Below are positions 9,727-19,248 of a stretch of 64,000 nt of DNA, piece after piece. Under the pieces are notes generated by a model. The model saw only the letters and a list, made by a program, of their open reading frames with translations. It was not told the origin of the DNA and searched no databases. Where the stretch lies: IMG/VR virus record IMGVR_UViG_3300025838_000029, positions 1-64,000 of that record. One strand, given 5' to 3'. The position numbers and the translations under genes were made by a program. Each line of letters starts with the position of its first letter. Within the stretch, counting starts at the first letter, position 1. This DNA is from an uncultured virus (IMG/VR IMGVR_UViG_3300025838_000029). Its lineage: Duplodnaviria > Heunggongvirae > Uroviricota > Caudoviricetes.

Positions 9727-10614
9727 ATGAAGAGAGTTAAGCCTTGGCTCAATAAAGGCTTGGCTATTTGGACTGAGGGTGACACCGCTTATTTCTCTGT
9801 GGCGTTCACTTGGCGTCTCGATGATGCCTACCAACAAGCCGTTTTCTATAAACAAATGGGTTACAAGATCCGGGCTGGTGGGCCGGGAATCTTTACAAGG
9901 AAGCATTACCTTGCCGATGTCGCTGAGATCGGAGGAGATATTCCTGATGCGGTAACACACCACCATCCCGATGCTACATTTGCCAGCAGAGGGTGTGATG
10001 TTGGTTGTTGGTTTTGTGTTGTGCCAAAGATGGAAGGCAAGACATATACGCTTTTGCCTGATTTCACGCCTAGGCCAATCCTTTGCGACAATAATCTCTC
10101 AGCACTTCCTGAAGAGTATCAGCGGCATATCATCGAGAAATACAAAGGTGCAGGGGTTCCTCTGCTTGATGCTAACTCAGGATTTGAACCAAGGACATTT
10201 TCAGAGGACGTGTTTCTTAGGTGGAAAGAGATCAACAAGGGCGCTTGGCGGTTTGCCTATGACGACATGAATGATCGAGAGCATGTCGAACGGGTAATGG
10301 CAATGCTGAGAAAGTATGAAGTCTCTCCTGCAAGGATCCAGGTCTATACCTTAATCGGAAATGAGCCAATTGGTGTCTGCATGGGGCGGATTAAAGAGGT
10401 TATCCAATGGGGAGGCCAGCCTTACGCCCAGCCAGTAATGAAGCTTAATGCCTTGAAGAAAGAGCCAATGGTTCGTCACGATTGGAGCCGTCGAATGCTG
10501 ATCGATGTCCAGAGATGGGCCAATGGTCGATATTGGAAATATGCTCCAGACTTTGCGGATTACCGTAGGTCAACATACACATCAAAACAGATAGAACCGG
10601 GGATGTTAATATGA
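9727..10614 (+). CDS. radical SAM protein
   Basis: SRGCDVGCWFCVVP (CxxxCxxC), DNN, RFAYD. Confidence 0.8.
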   Translation: MKRVKPWLNKGLAIWTEGDTAYFSVAFTWRLDDAYQQAVFYKQMGYKIRAGGPGIFTRKHYLADVAEIGGDIPDAVTHHHPDATFASRGCDVGCWFCVVPKMEGKTYTLLPDFTPRPILCDNNLSALPEEYQRHIIEKYKGAGVPLLDANSGFEPRTFSEDVFLRWKEINKGAWRFAYDDMNDREHVERVMAMLRKYEVSPARIQVYTLIGNEPIGVCMGRIKEVIQWGGQPYAQPVMKLNALKKEPMVRHDWSRRMLIDVQRWANGRYWKYAPDFADYRRSTYTSKQIEPGMLI

Positions 10615-11543
10615 TTGAACCAACAGCAGTTGTGTCTTTTTCCGGAGGGAAAGACAGTACCGCAACAGCCATTCTGGCCATAGATCGATATGGATTAGGG
10701 AGAGTAAGACTTGTTTATGCAGACACAGGCAATGAACATGAACTTACCGAAGATTATGTCCGTAATTACATTCCAGAAAGACTTGGGGTCCAGGTCGAGG
10801 TTGTTAGAGCGGATTTGACGCAGGATATCGAGCGTAAGCGTAAATATGTGGCTGAAAAATGGCCAGCCAAAGGGGTTCCTTCTGAAGTTGTTTCAAGAGC
10901 AATGCAGGTTTTGGTTCCAACGGGCGTTCCATTTTTGGATTTGTGTCTGTTGAAAGGCCGGTTTCCTTCCAGGTTAGCGCAATTTTGCACCCAGTTCCTG
11001 AAGAGATATCCATTGGAGAAATATATGTTCTCCATGATTGACGATGGATTCAAGCCTGAGTCCTGGCAAGGGATCCGCAGGGATGAGTCACGAAACAGAG
11101 CCGATGCCAAAGATGAGGAATGGGTTGCAGAGGGATGGAAGGTTGTCAGACCTATTGCAGCCTGGACAGCAGAACAGGTCTTTGATCTTCTAAAGGAGCG
11201 TGGCGTCGATCCTAACCCGCTTTATAAGCTTGGCTGTGGCAGAGTAGGCTGTATGCCTTGTATCAATGCCACGAAAGGGGAAATCAGCGTTATAGCGTCT
11301 CGCTGGCCTCATCACGTCGATAGAATCAGGGAATGGGAGCATCTGGTTGGGGAAGCCTCTAAAAGAGGGTTCTCTACCTTTTTCACGTTCAAGGATACTG
11401 AGATGTCTCCTGAAGAGGTCTGGAATGTAGGAAACATTGATGAAAGGGTTGCATGGTCTTTAACGGGCCATGGCGGAAAGCAGTTTGATCTGTTTTCTGT
11501 CGATGTTTCTGAATGCTCCTCAATCTATGGGTTATGTGAATGA
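10611..11543 (+). CDS. PAPS-reductase family (adenine nucleotide alpha-hydrolase) protein
   Basis: SFSGGKDS PP-loop, DTGNEH, FCTQFLK, GIRRDES..R, NPLY..G..RVGCMPC. Confidence 0.9.
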   Translation: MIEPTAVVSFSGGKDSTATAILAIDRYGLGRVRLVYADTGNEHELTEDYVRNYIPERLGVQVEVVRADLTQDIERKRKYVAEKWPAKGVPSEVVSRAMQVLVPTGVPFLDLCLLKGRFPSRLAQFCTQFLKRYPLEKYMFSMIDDGFKPESWQGIRRDESRNRADAKDEEWVAEGWKVVRPIAAWTAEQVFDLLKERGVDPNPLYKLGCGRVGCMPCINATKGEISVIASRWPHHVDRIREWEHLVGEASKRGFSTFFTFKDTEMSPEEVWNVGNIDERVAWSLTGHGGKQFDLFSVDVSECSSIYGLCE

Positions 11544-11729
11544 GCGTAAGAAGAAGGCGTATGCCGAAAGGTGAGGAGATTGAATCAGCGCCATTTCTAC
11601 CCTTGGTTCATGTCGGGTGGGACGGTCGGGGAGATGAGGTCTACCTATGGCTCTTTTGCCTCTGGGTAACTCCGGAGAATTTGGAGAGAGCTATAGCTTA
11701 TTGGGGAAAAGATTTCTGAGGGGATAAGT

Positions 11730-12203
11730 ATGATTTCTGACAGAAGAATGGTTGAGTTGGCTCTACCGGCAGCAATGCTCTACAGGGTTTTCAATTCCTG
11801 TGTTGCCAGGATTGAAGAGAAGCCAACAGATGAGGAACTTAGTGCCGATCTTCAGGTTTTGGAGTGGCTAAGGGAGGCTGCTGTTGAACCTTTTACGGGT
11901 ACAGACCGGGGGAAAATGAAGAAGCTGGCTTCCAGAACTTCCAGGGTTCAGAGGGAAATTCTTTTCCCATTGGAGGACCGACCGGCCATGACAGCGTTCG
12001 TCGCGGTTCTTCATTGGCTCAAAAATAAGCTCGATTCTGATGAACTTGTCCTGGTTGAAGGGTCTAACTTCGATAAAGCCGTCTCGATGATTTTAGAAAA
12101 TTTAGCAGCACATGAGGACATTTATAGTGCTGTTGAAAAGAGTGCAATAAAGGCTGCTAAACGTATTGATGAGCAGTTGAAAGCAAGGGGTTATTTTGTG
12201 TGA
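11730..12203 (+). CDS. hypothetical protein
   Basis: 157-aa ORF with RBS gagggg, inside the operon. Confidence 0.6.
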   Translation: MISDRRMVELALPAAMLYRVFNSCVARIEEKPTDEELSADLQVLEWLREAAVEPFTGTDRGKMKKLASRTSRVQREILFPLEDRPAMTAFVAVLHWLKNKLDSDELVLVEGSNFDKAVSMILENLAAHEDIYSAVEKSAIKAAKRIDEQLKARGYFV

Positions 12204-12239
12204 GATACATCTAGCAAGCTGCCAATATCGGAGGCAAAG

Positions 12240-12755
12240 ATGAACTCTGATTTAAGAATAACAATAGGTTTTTGTGACCATCCAAAGACAAAAAGGTTAA
12301 TCCGAAAGTGTGGGGATAAAGCATTTAGGTGCTTAATCCGGCTTTTTGAGCATACTGCTAGGTATAAACATGACGGTGTGCTCAGTAACATGGATTGCGT
12401 TGACATTGCTATTGCCAGCGATTGGCAAGGCGATGAAAACGAATGGGTAAACGCACTGTGCGAAATTGGGTTTTTGGACATCGTTGACGATTACTTTTGC
12501 GTTCACGATTGGTCTGCACATAATCCTTATGCGTGTGGTGCGGATAAAAGATCCGAGAAAGCCAGGAATGCTGCTAAAGCACGGTACAATAAGAAGAAAT
12601 TAACTCCTGCTCGTAGCAGTGCTTCAAGCACGTTTAAGCAATGCTCTGAGCAAGAATTAGCAGTGCTAAACTCTGCTTGGAGTTATGCCCCATCTCCAGA
12701 TCCAAAGAGATCTTCAGAGGATAGTAAGATTGTTAGTAACAGTAAGACTCTCTGA
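12240..12755 (+). CDS. replication initiator-like N-terminal domain protein
   Basis: DHPKTKRL...G......L, LCEIGFLD, VHDWSAHN pattern; directly before the helicase. Confidence 0.55.
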   Translation: MNSDLRITIGFCDHPKTKRLIRKCGDKAFRCLIRLFEHTARYKHDGVLSNMDCVDIAIASDWQGDENEWVNALCEIGFLDIVDDYFCVHDWSAHNPYACGADKRSEKARNAAKARYNKKKLTPARSSASSTFKQCSEQELAVLNSAWSYAPSPDPKRSSEDSKIVSNSKTL

Positions 12756-12807
12756 GAGAGGTAAGTAGTGTTCCCGGTTGAGTGGAAAATCTTCAAGGAG
12801 TGCAACT

Positions 12808-14355
12808 ATGAGTGAGCGTAAGCTTAGAGACTACCAGATCAAGGCCATCCATGATCTTCGGGTATCTCTGCGGTCAGGAAAGAAGCGTCCAGTGCTGCAA
12901 CTGGCGACGGGTGGAGGCAAGACCGTTATTGCAGGAGAAATCATTTCCTTGGCGAGATCGAAGGGTCACAAGGTTCTGTTTGTGGTTCCGGCTATCAGCC
13001 TGATTGATCAGACCATCAAAAGTTTTTGGGATCATGGGATCCGAGATGTTGGGGTTATTCAGGCTGATCATCCCCTGACAGATCCTAGCAAGCCAGTGCA
13101 AGTGGCAAGCATCCAGACGCTGATTCGTCGGAAAAAGCCAGAGTTCAACCTCGCCATTGTAGACGAGTGCCATCGCCAATTTGAAAAAATGAACGATTGG
13201 CTGAAATCGGAAGAGATGCAGAAAATCCCTGTGATTGGGGTTAGTGCTACGCCTTGGGCCAAGGGGATGGCGAAGACGTGGGATGATTTGATTGTTTGCG
13301 CGACGACGCAACAGATGATCGATGACGAATGGCTGTGCAAGTTCAGGGTTTTTGCTCCTACCCATCCTGATTTGTCTGGGGTGAAGGTCGTTGCGGGGGA
13401 TTACCATGAGGGGCAATTAGGGGAAAGGATGAACAAGCCAAAACTCGTTGCCGATATCGTTGAAACCTGGATTCGGATGGGAGAGGGGCGCCCTACACTG
13501 TGCTTTGCCGTCAATTGCGCCCATGCCAAAGCCTTGCAGGACAAGTTTGAATCTTCTGGAATCCCGGCTGGTTACATTGATGCTTACACTGATTCTGATG
13601 ATCGTGAGATCATCCGTAAGAAGTTTCATTCAGGTGAATATAAAGTTGTCGTTAATGTTGGAACCCTTACTACTGGAGTGGATTGGAACATATGGTGTAT
13701 AATTTTGGCAAGACCTACAAAAAGTGAAATGCTTTTTTGCCAAATTATTGGAAGAGGGTTGAGGCTTGCTGAAGGTAAGGAAAGTTGCTTGATTTTAGAC
13801 CATAGCAATACTCATACGAATTTGGGGTTCGTTACGGATATAATCCATGAAGAGTTAGACGATGGTAAGCCCAAAGGTCCAGCTAAGAAATCTGAACGGT
13901 TGCCGAAGGAATGCCCAAAGTGTCAAAACCTGCGTCCTGTCGGGGTTGTGGTTTGTCCTGCCTGTGGTTTCAAGCCAGAGGTCAAAGACATGGTTCAGCA
14001 GGAGGAAGGAGAGCTTATTGAGATTTCTCGGAAGGGCAGAGAAAAGGGCGGTCCTGCGAATTGCATTCGGATGGGAGGCATTTGGGTTCCCTTTGGAGAA
14101 TTTTACGGGATGCTCAAATTCTACGCTAGGGAGAAGGGCTACAAGGAAGGTTGGGCGTCCAACAAATATCGCTCTGTGCTTGGTGTTTGGCCAAATGCTT
14201 ACAAGTTCAGTCCTGCAATACCGCCATCTTGGGAGGTCGAGGCGTGGATAAAAGCGGATCAGAGGAAATGGGCGAAACAGCAACCCAAGAGCGCATTGCC
14301 ATCATCACCGTGGAAGCCAAGATCCCCGTCAAGTGGGCTGAATGGTTGGCGATGA
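12808..14355 (+). CDS. SF2 DEAD/DEAH helicase with C-terminal Zn ribbon
   Basis: LRDYQ, ATGGGKT, VDECH, SATP, QIIGRGLR, CPKC/CPAC. Confidence 0.93.
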   Translation: MSERKLRDYQIKAIHDLRVSLRSGKKRPVLQLATGGGKTVIAGEIISLARSKGHKVLFVVPAISLIDQTIKSFWDHGIRDVGVIQADHPLTDPSKPVQVASIQTLIRRKKPEFNLAIVDECHRQFEKMNDWLKSEEMQKIPVIGVSATPWAKGMAKTWDDLIVCATTQQMIDDEWLCKFRVFAPTHPDLSGVKVVAGDYHEGQLGERMNKPKLVADIVETWIRMGEGRPTLCFAVNCAHAKALQDKFESSGIPAGYIDAYTDSDDREIIRKKFHSGEYKVVVNVGTLTTGVDWNIWCIILARPTKSEMLFCQIIGRGLRLAEGKESCLILDHSNTHTNLGFVTDIIHEELDDGKPKGPAKKSERLPKECPKCQNLRPVGVVVCPACGFKPEVKDMVQQEEGELIEISRKGREKGGPANCIRMGGIWVPFGEFYGMLKFYAREKGYKEGWASNKYRSVLGVWPNAYKFSPAIPPSWEVEAWIKADQRKWAKQQPKSALPSSPWKPRSPSSGLNGWR

Positions 14356-14642
14356 TTACGACCATGCCAAAGCCGGTTGATTACATGGATGCTAGATGGC
14401 AAAGGATCAAGAATGATGCTTGCCTGTTGATCGACAAGTGGCACAATCAGATCACCAAAAATGGCTGGGGAGTGAACGATATTAAGGGTTTGATTGTCGT
14501 TATTGACGGAAATCCGGTGATAAACGTTGGCAGGGGTGATGTGACCGTCAAGGTTCTAGCGACGGGAACTGAGGAAAAGATTTTCTGGCGTCCAAATCCG
14601 GGGAAGGTTGCCCGGTGGGATTTTGGAAGGAGGAAGGCGTGA
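14352..14642 (+). CDS. hypothetical protein
   Basis: ATGA-coupled between helicase and primase. Confidence 0.5.
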   Translation: MITTMPKPVDYMDARWQRIKNDACLLIDKWHNQITKNGWGVNDIKGLIVVIDGNPVINVGRGDVTVKVLATGTEEKIFWRPNPGKVARWDFGRRKA

Positions 14643-15565
14643 TGGGTGTGTCAATCATCGAACGGGCAGCAGGCCGATGGGATGAAATTCTTCCCAAGCT
14701 TGGGTTTGGTTCTGATTGGATGAGAAAAAAGCACGGTCCCTGTCCCATGTGCGGCGGGAAAGATCGGTACAGATGGGGAAACAAAAAGGGATTGGGGGAA
14801 TATTACTGCTCTGGGTGCGGAAATGGTTCGGGGTTTGACCTTCTGATGAAAAGTTTCAATCAGGATTTCAAGACGGTTGTGAAGAAAGTTGAGGAAATCA
14901 TCGGGGAGGCCCCGCCCCCGAAGATCAAGCCGAAAAAGGAAAATCCCTATTTGCAGCGGAAGCTGATGGTCAGCCTTTGGGAATCCGGTCGGACAGTGCA
15001 GTGGGACTGTCCGGTTGGAATGTATCTTTCAGGACGGGGGATCTGGCGGGATCATTTCCATCACCTGCGTTCGGCAATGGACGTAAGGTTCTCAGGCTCT
15101 CCTCCTATGACTTTCCCGGCCATGCTTGCCAAGGTAATCTCGCCAGAGGGGAAAGCCGTAAACATTCATCGGACCTTCCTGACGACTGACGGTGAGAAGG
15201 CTCCTGTGGGGAATGAATGCAAAAAGCTCATGTCGGGGATGGTTCCCGCCGGATCTGCGGTCAGGCTTTCCCCGGTGAAGGATGAAATGGGAATTGCTGA
15301 AGGGATTGAGACGGCGCTTTCTGCGTCGATCTTGTTCAACATTCCGGTCTGGAGCGTTCTAAACGCCAACAATCTGATGAAGTTTGTTGTCCCAGACGGT
15401 GTGAAGCGTCTGGTGATCTTCAGCGACAACGATGCAAGTTTCACAGGACAGTCTGCGTCCTTTGCCTTGGCGAGGGAATTAGCCCTGAAGGGTAAGCTTC
15501 AAATCGAGGTAATGGTTCCGGCCAGAAGCGGGGAAGATTGGAACGATGTTTTGGTGAGGAAGTAA
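14642..15565 (+). CDS. primase (Zn finger + TOPRIM)
   Basis: HGPCPMCGGKDRY, CSGCG, IHRTFL, AEGIETALS, SDND, DWND. Confidence 0.9.
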   Translation: MGVSIIERAAGRWDEILPKLGFGSDWMRKKHGPCPMCGGKDRYRWGNKKGLGEYYCSGCGNGSGFDLLMKSFNQDFKTVVKKVEEIIGEAPPPKIKPKKENPYLQRKLMVSLWESGRTVQWDCPVGMYLSGRGIWRDHFHHLRSAMDVRFSGSPPMTFPAMLAKVISPEGKAVNIHRTFLTTDGEKAPVGNECKKLMSGMVPAGSAVRLSPVKDEMGIAEGIETALSASILFNIPVWSVLNANNLMKFVVPDGVKRLVIFSDNDASFTGQSASFALARELALKGKLQIEVMVPARSGEDWNDVLVRK

Positions 15566-15745
15566 GCCATGGGATATGGGTGTGGTTTTAAAATCGACGC
15601 TATGGCCGAAAATTTGACCGGAGAGGCTCGTTTGTGGTGTCTCCGCTACCCCTATAGCAGAGAGGTAAAAATAGGGGCTTCCTAGGTCAAAAAATCTCAT
15701 TTGATAAAAAACCACCTAAACCCTTCTCTCAGGTGGGACTGATTG

Positions 15746-15876
15746 TTGATTATCGTGGTGGGTTTGGTAGAATGCTGTTGCTCAACCGAGTTGGATGGTT
15801 CTCGGTCTGAGTGCTTGCTGGAGAGTGCAAACTTAATCCCCCGGCGCGGGTTGAATCGCTGCCGGGGGATTTTTTT
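15746..15876 (+). ncRNA. candidate small RNA with its own promoter and terminator
   Basis: TTGATT-N16-TAGAAT (extended TGn); hairpin ctca-accgag...ctcggt-c-tgag; intrinsic terminator follows. Confidence 0.45.
15835..15876 (+). terminator. intrinsic terminator
   Basis: aatcccccggc...gccgggggatt stem followed by a T run, at a convergent junction. Confidence 0.8.
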
Positions 15877-16047
15877 ATTCCTTAACGTAGCGTGTTATCA
15901 GGAAACACAGGATTTCTATGGTCCTGGGAATTTTCCGCTGTCCTGATTCCCATCGATAAACAGCGGAAGGTGTAACTCCCAAGTTAAAAGCGGCTTGACT
16001 CTGTGTGTAACTCATGGAATCCCGCCATGTCTTAAAATCATCGGCTG

Positions 16048-16458
16048 TCATATTTCAGGCGATGTGTTGAAGGCTTTGACATAATTGCGATAGGTTTTAA
16101 ATCCTCCCATTTTGTACCAGAGGTCTACAAGCTGTTGGTCATGGAAGTGTCCTTGACCGGGATCGCTGTTAGATTTCCCCTTGATTTCTGAGTAGGTTTC
16201 TCCCTCCCAGAACTTTTTTAATACGAGTTTTGCCTTTTGCAAATCGCAAGTGAATTGCCCTTTGGCGTTAACGCACAGATCTCTTAAATCAATGTCCCCG
16301 TCATCAGTGAGAAGGCGCCCATAGCCATCATAAGTTCCGATAACTGGTGGGTTATCAGGCCGAAGAAGAACGACTTCAAACTGATCTTTGTCGTTTCCAG
16401 AGCAGGAGTTCATAATCGGTAGGTTGGTTTTAGCGCAAGTCCAAGAGAAGAAACCCAT
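16048..16458 (-). CDS. hypothetical early protein
   Basis: MGFFSW.C, GTYDGYGR; RBS aggagg. Confidence 0.7.
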   Translation of the reverse strand: MGFFSWTCAKTNLPIMNSCSGNDKDQFEVVLLRPDNPPVIGTYDGYGRLLTDDGDIDLRDLCVNAKGQFTCDLQKAKLVLKKFWEGETYSEIKGKSNSDPGQGHFHDQQLVDLWYKMGGFKTYRNYVKAFNTSPEI

Positions 16459-16467
16459 TTTTGCCTC

Positions 16468-16860
16468 CTAGGAATAGACGCATTCGCCAAAGAGAGCGAG
16501 TTGAAGCCAGATGTCGGCGTGGTCGGCGTCGAAATCCTCATTGCGGATATCTGCCCAGAGGTGAGGACGATATTTCAGCATAAGCTTCCAGCCTTGTTCT
16601 AGGGATGCTGGAGTAAGCTTGAATGTCCCATCGTCCTCCCCGGCGACAATGTCGATTTCAAAATCCTTGGTGTAGAGAGAAGGCTCTGCATACCAAGGCC
16701 CCTCATACTTCTCCCCAAGCTCTGCCTCAAATTCTTTTCTGGTTGGTTTCATCAGATAAGCACCGTCAATCCAATAGTTTGAGCCTCCCTCAAAGCATGT
16801 GATCATCAGGTGCCGGATGGTGTCCGTATCAAAAGCCAGATCTTCCGTGACGATTGTCAT
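16468..16860 (-). CDS. hypothetical early protein (acidic)
   Basis: FEGGSNYW...DADHADIWLQLALFGE.VY. Confidence 0.7.
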   Translation of the reverse strand: MTIVTEDLAFDTDTIRHLMITCFEGGSNYWIDGAYLMKPTRKEFEAELGEKYEGPWYAEPSLYTKDFEIDIVAGEDDGTFKLTPASLEQGWKLMLKYRPHLWADIRNEDFDADHADIWLQLALFGECVYS

Positions 16861-17156
16861 TGTGTGATCCCCTTTGCGAATTTTTCATTGATGCGAATAA
16901 CATCCTTAAAGGTCTTGATTGAGACTAAGGCGAGATTTTCACCACCAAACTCTAGTGATTTTTCTGTTACGCCTTCGATTATCCCAATTGCAACGCCCAT
17001 AAGCAGTGTTAATTGCGCCCTAGCTATTTCATTTTCCCCTTTTTCACTTATCGCTAACTCTATCAGGTCGAATCCTTGACCTAATTTAAGGTTCACATCG
17101 TCTACGGTTTTAGCGATAATATCAGCGACAATTTTGTCCATTATCATGGCTCCCAC
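16857..17156 (-). CDS. hypothetical early protein
   Basis: Packed minus-strand operon. Confidence 0.55.
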   Translation of the reverse strand: MGAMIMDKIVADIIAKTVDDVNLKLGQGFDLIELAISEKGENEIARAQLTLLMGVAIGIIEGVTEKSLEFGGENLALVSIKTFKDVIRINEKFAKGITQ

Positions 17157-17515
17157 CTGTCATGGATTGGAATAGCTTGGTTAATACAGTTTCCGGTGAG
17201 CCTTCTAACGAGTTCACTAATGCGGCTATCGGATGAATAGGCGAAGTTTCCCCCGAACATCGGTCCAGATCCCTTCTTCCTTTGAAGAGGAACTAGGAAG
17301 CAATATTCCGGGTGATGAGCGTGGTTTTTAAGTTCAACGGCTGGGGCATCTTCAGATGCGGTGAAGAGTTGCGGAACACCATCGCCAATAAGAGTTAGCT
17401 TTATGGCTTTCCCGCTGATTCCGTCATATGTGCAATCTCCGAAGTTCGGATCGGCATTGCGATAGACGTACAAGGTCATTCCTTTGTTCATTTTATCGAT
17501 CCAACATGAGGCCAA
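17144..17515 (-). CDS. hypothetical early protein
   Basis: DCT.DGIS...MFGGNFAYSSDSR...IPIHDRWE; true start probably internal. Confidence 0.65.
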   Translation of the reverse strand: MASCWIDKMNKGMTLYVYRNADPNFGDCTYDGISGKAIKLTLIGDGVPQLFTASEDAPAVELKNHAHHPEYCFLVPLQRKKGSGPMFGGNFAYSSDSRISELVRRLTGNCINQAIPIHDRWEP

Positions 17516-17560
17516 GAACGAAAAGGGCGATGGCTGGTATTAAAACGACGATATATGCAT

Positions 17561-17953
17561 TCATTCTTCAGTCCTTTCTGGCATTCTTTCATTTTTGATT
17601 GCGGTGATAACGCAGGCGACATCGAGCGGAAATCTTCTGGCTTGGCGACTGCTAACCCCGTAATGGTCTAGGTCGCATTCCAAAATTCTCTTCATTTTTC
17701 CCTTTTCATGTTGCCAAAGCACAAAGCCATGCTCCCCGGTTTGGACATGAAACTCGTCTGGTTTGAAATTGCTGCTTTCAATCATAATCATGTCGTCCAC
17801 CTGATCATCGCAGGTAGGAACGGGAACAAGCTTAACGTCTGGAATATTCATTATTGCGCGTTCCAGGCGTTGATAAATCCACCTGGATTCTCCGAAGAAG
17901 AGATTCTCAGGCTTTTGCTCCATTGGTGTCCATTCGGTCATTTTGTCCTCCAA
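17561..17953 (-). CDS. hypothetical early protein
   Basis: RBS ggagg before MTEWTP. Confidence 0.6.
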   Translation of the reverse strand: MEDKMTEWTPMEQKPENLFFGESRWIYQRLERAIMNIPDVKLVPVPTCDDQVDDMIMIESSNFKPDEFHVQTGEHGFVLWQHEKGKMKRILECDLDHYGVSSRQARRFPLDVACVITAIKNERMPERTEE

Positions 17954-17963
17954 AGTCTTCCTG

Positions 17964-18009
17964 TGACTCCTAAACCCCAGCTTGGGCTTTCACCAAGTCT
18001 GGGGTTGAA
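17964..18009 (-). promoter_or_regulatory. GAAA-loop hairpin leader element, copy B
   Basis: Minus strand ttcaa-ccccagacttggt-gaaa-gcccaagctgggg-tttaggagtca. Confidence 0.6.
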
Positions 18010-18031
18010 GTTTTGATGGTTGAAAAAAATA

Positions 18032-18271
18032 TCAAATGATCCTTTCGTATTGATAATCCGCCCATTCATTCAGTTGCTTCATAAAGCGGTCGTAGTCCTC
18101 CTGAGAGAGGTTTACGGATGACATGAAGGCTTTGTCGGCGGCATTGACGTACTGCTCGACGTAGCTTTCTATGGCATCTTCAGAGATTGGCGCTTGAGGA
18201 TCCGGAAATTCCCATGGCAGGGTGTCCAGGTCTTCCAGGTAGCATTGATGCTCGATCTCTTCAAAGGTCAT
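18032..18271 (-). CDS. hypothetical early protein
   Basis: RBS aggagg; acidic. Confidence 0.6.
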   Translation of the reverse strand: MTFEEIEHQCYLEDLDTLPWEFPDPQAPISEDAIESYVEQYVNAADKAFMSSVNLSQEDYDRFMKQLNEWADYQYERII

Positions 18272-18280
18272 TTATGCCTC

Positions 18281-18595
18281 CTAATAGCCTGCGGCTTCAG
18301 CTTCATAGTCTCGTTGGCTTGTGCTGATTTCCTTCCAATCCGGAAATCCATATTCATTAAGGGTTTTTCCGTCCCAGGAAGATTCTCCAGATCGATCAAG
18401 GCGGCCATCACAATCGTTTGCCCGGTCTATCCATTCCCGGTGTATTTTTCCGCCATCGTTATAAATGGTTGTGGATTCTGACACCCATCCCTCTTCTGTA
18501 TCCTCGTAATCGTACCAAGAGAAACGCTCTCCAGGGGCAAGCCGCACTGTCCTGCGACGGCCATTCCGATAGAACGGAACTAGGATTGTTCTCAT
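18281..18595 (-). CDS. hypothetical early protein
   Basis: TEEGW, DCDGR, QRDYEAEAAGY. Confidence 0.65.
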   Translation of the reverse strand: MRTILVPFYRNGRRRTVRLAPGERFSWYDYEDTEEGWVSESTTIYNDGGKIHREWIDRANDCDGRLDRSGESSWDGKTLNEYGFPDWKEISTSQRDYEAEAAGY

Positions 18596-18760
18596 TTATT
18601 CCCCCTTCTTGCAGATTTTGATGGCCTTGGCGCGATGTTTGCCTTTGAGGTATTCCAGCGACTGTTCAAAGTCTGCCGATGGAACCATGACCTGGATTAT
18701 CATAATTCCATTGGTGCTTTTGAGTGCGACATCGAGTGCCGCTTGGGTATCTTTCGTCAT
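18596..18760 (-). CDS. small hypothetical protein (54 aa)
   Basis: gaggagg RBS, MTKDTQAALDVAL...KKGE*; below the ORF-track cutoff. Confidence 0.55.
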   Translation of the reverse strand: MTKDTQAALDVALKSTNGIMIIQVMVPSADFEQSLEYLKGKHRAKAIKICKKGE

Positions 18761-18778
18761 CGAAACCTCCTCTGTTTC

Positions 18779-18822
18779 TGACTCCTTAACCCCGCCAGGG
18801 TTTCCCCTGGCAGGGCTTTGAA
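18779..18822 (-). promoter_or_regulatory. GAAA-loop hairpin leader element, copy A
   Basis: Minus strand ttcaaa-gccctgccaggg-gaaa-ccctggcggggt-taaggagtca. Confidence 0.6.
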
Positions 18823-18838
18823 TTGCCTGGTTTTTTTG

Positions 18839-19036
18839 TTATGAATGTGTGTATCCATCCTCCTCTATGCCTAACCACATGCCACCCCAATGCACCATTA
18901 AGCAGTCTCCGAAAGCTCGTTGTACGGTCTTGCGAAAGGCTTTGTAGGAAATGCCTAATGGAGTGCGGTCATAGACCCGCTTTAAGGCTTTGCGCTGTTC
19001 TTTGGTGATGGGCATGGCTATTCTCCTAGTGACCAA
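18839..19036 (-). CDS. small conserved phage protein
   Basis: ITKEQRKALKRVYDR...WGGMWLGIEEDGYTHS; likely start MPITK. Confidence 0.65.
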   Translation of the reverse strand: MVTRRIAMPITKEQRKALKRVYDRTPLGISYKAFRKTVQRAFGDCLMVHWGGMWLGIEEDGYTHS

Positions 19037-19248
19037 TCGATGTTTTCCAGGTCATCAGCGGCTTGCTCGACAAGGTTAATCTTCTCTTGTAGGTCTTCGC
19101 CCTTCTGGCTTTCCTGCCAAGTTTCTGTCTTGCCATAATAATAGTCCTGAAGGCGTTCTTGTTCTTCTCTGAGCATTTCAAGAGCTTCTGTCACAAGGTC
19201 TTGCGCCCTTGAGTAGATATCTTTGTCGATCTCTGTTGCCTTTGCCAT
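19018..19248 (-). CDS. hypothetical protein
   Basis: EEQERLQDYY...WQESQKGE pattern. Confidence 0.65.
   Translation of the reverse strand: MAKATEIDKDIYSRAQDLVTEALEMLREEQERLQDYYYGKTETWQESQKGEDLQEKINLVEQAADDLENIDWSLGE

Noticed and set aside
10611..11543. Auxiliary metabolic cysH feeding the sulfotransferase
   Set aside because: Motifs support only family membership. Its position among DNA-related genes argues against sulfate assimilation, and a reductase would consume PAPS rather than make it.
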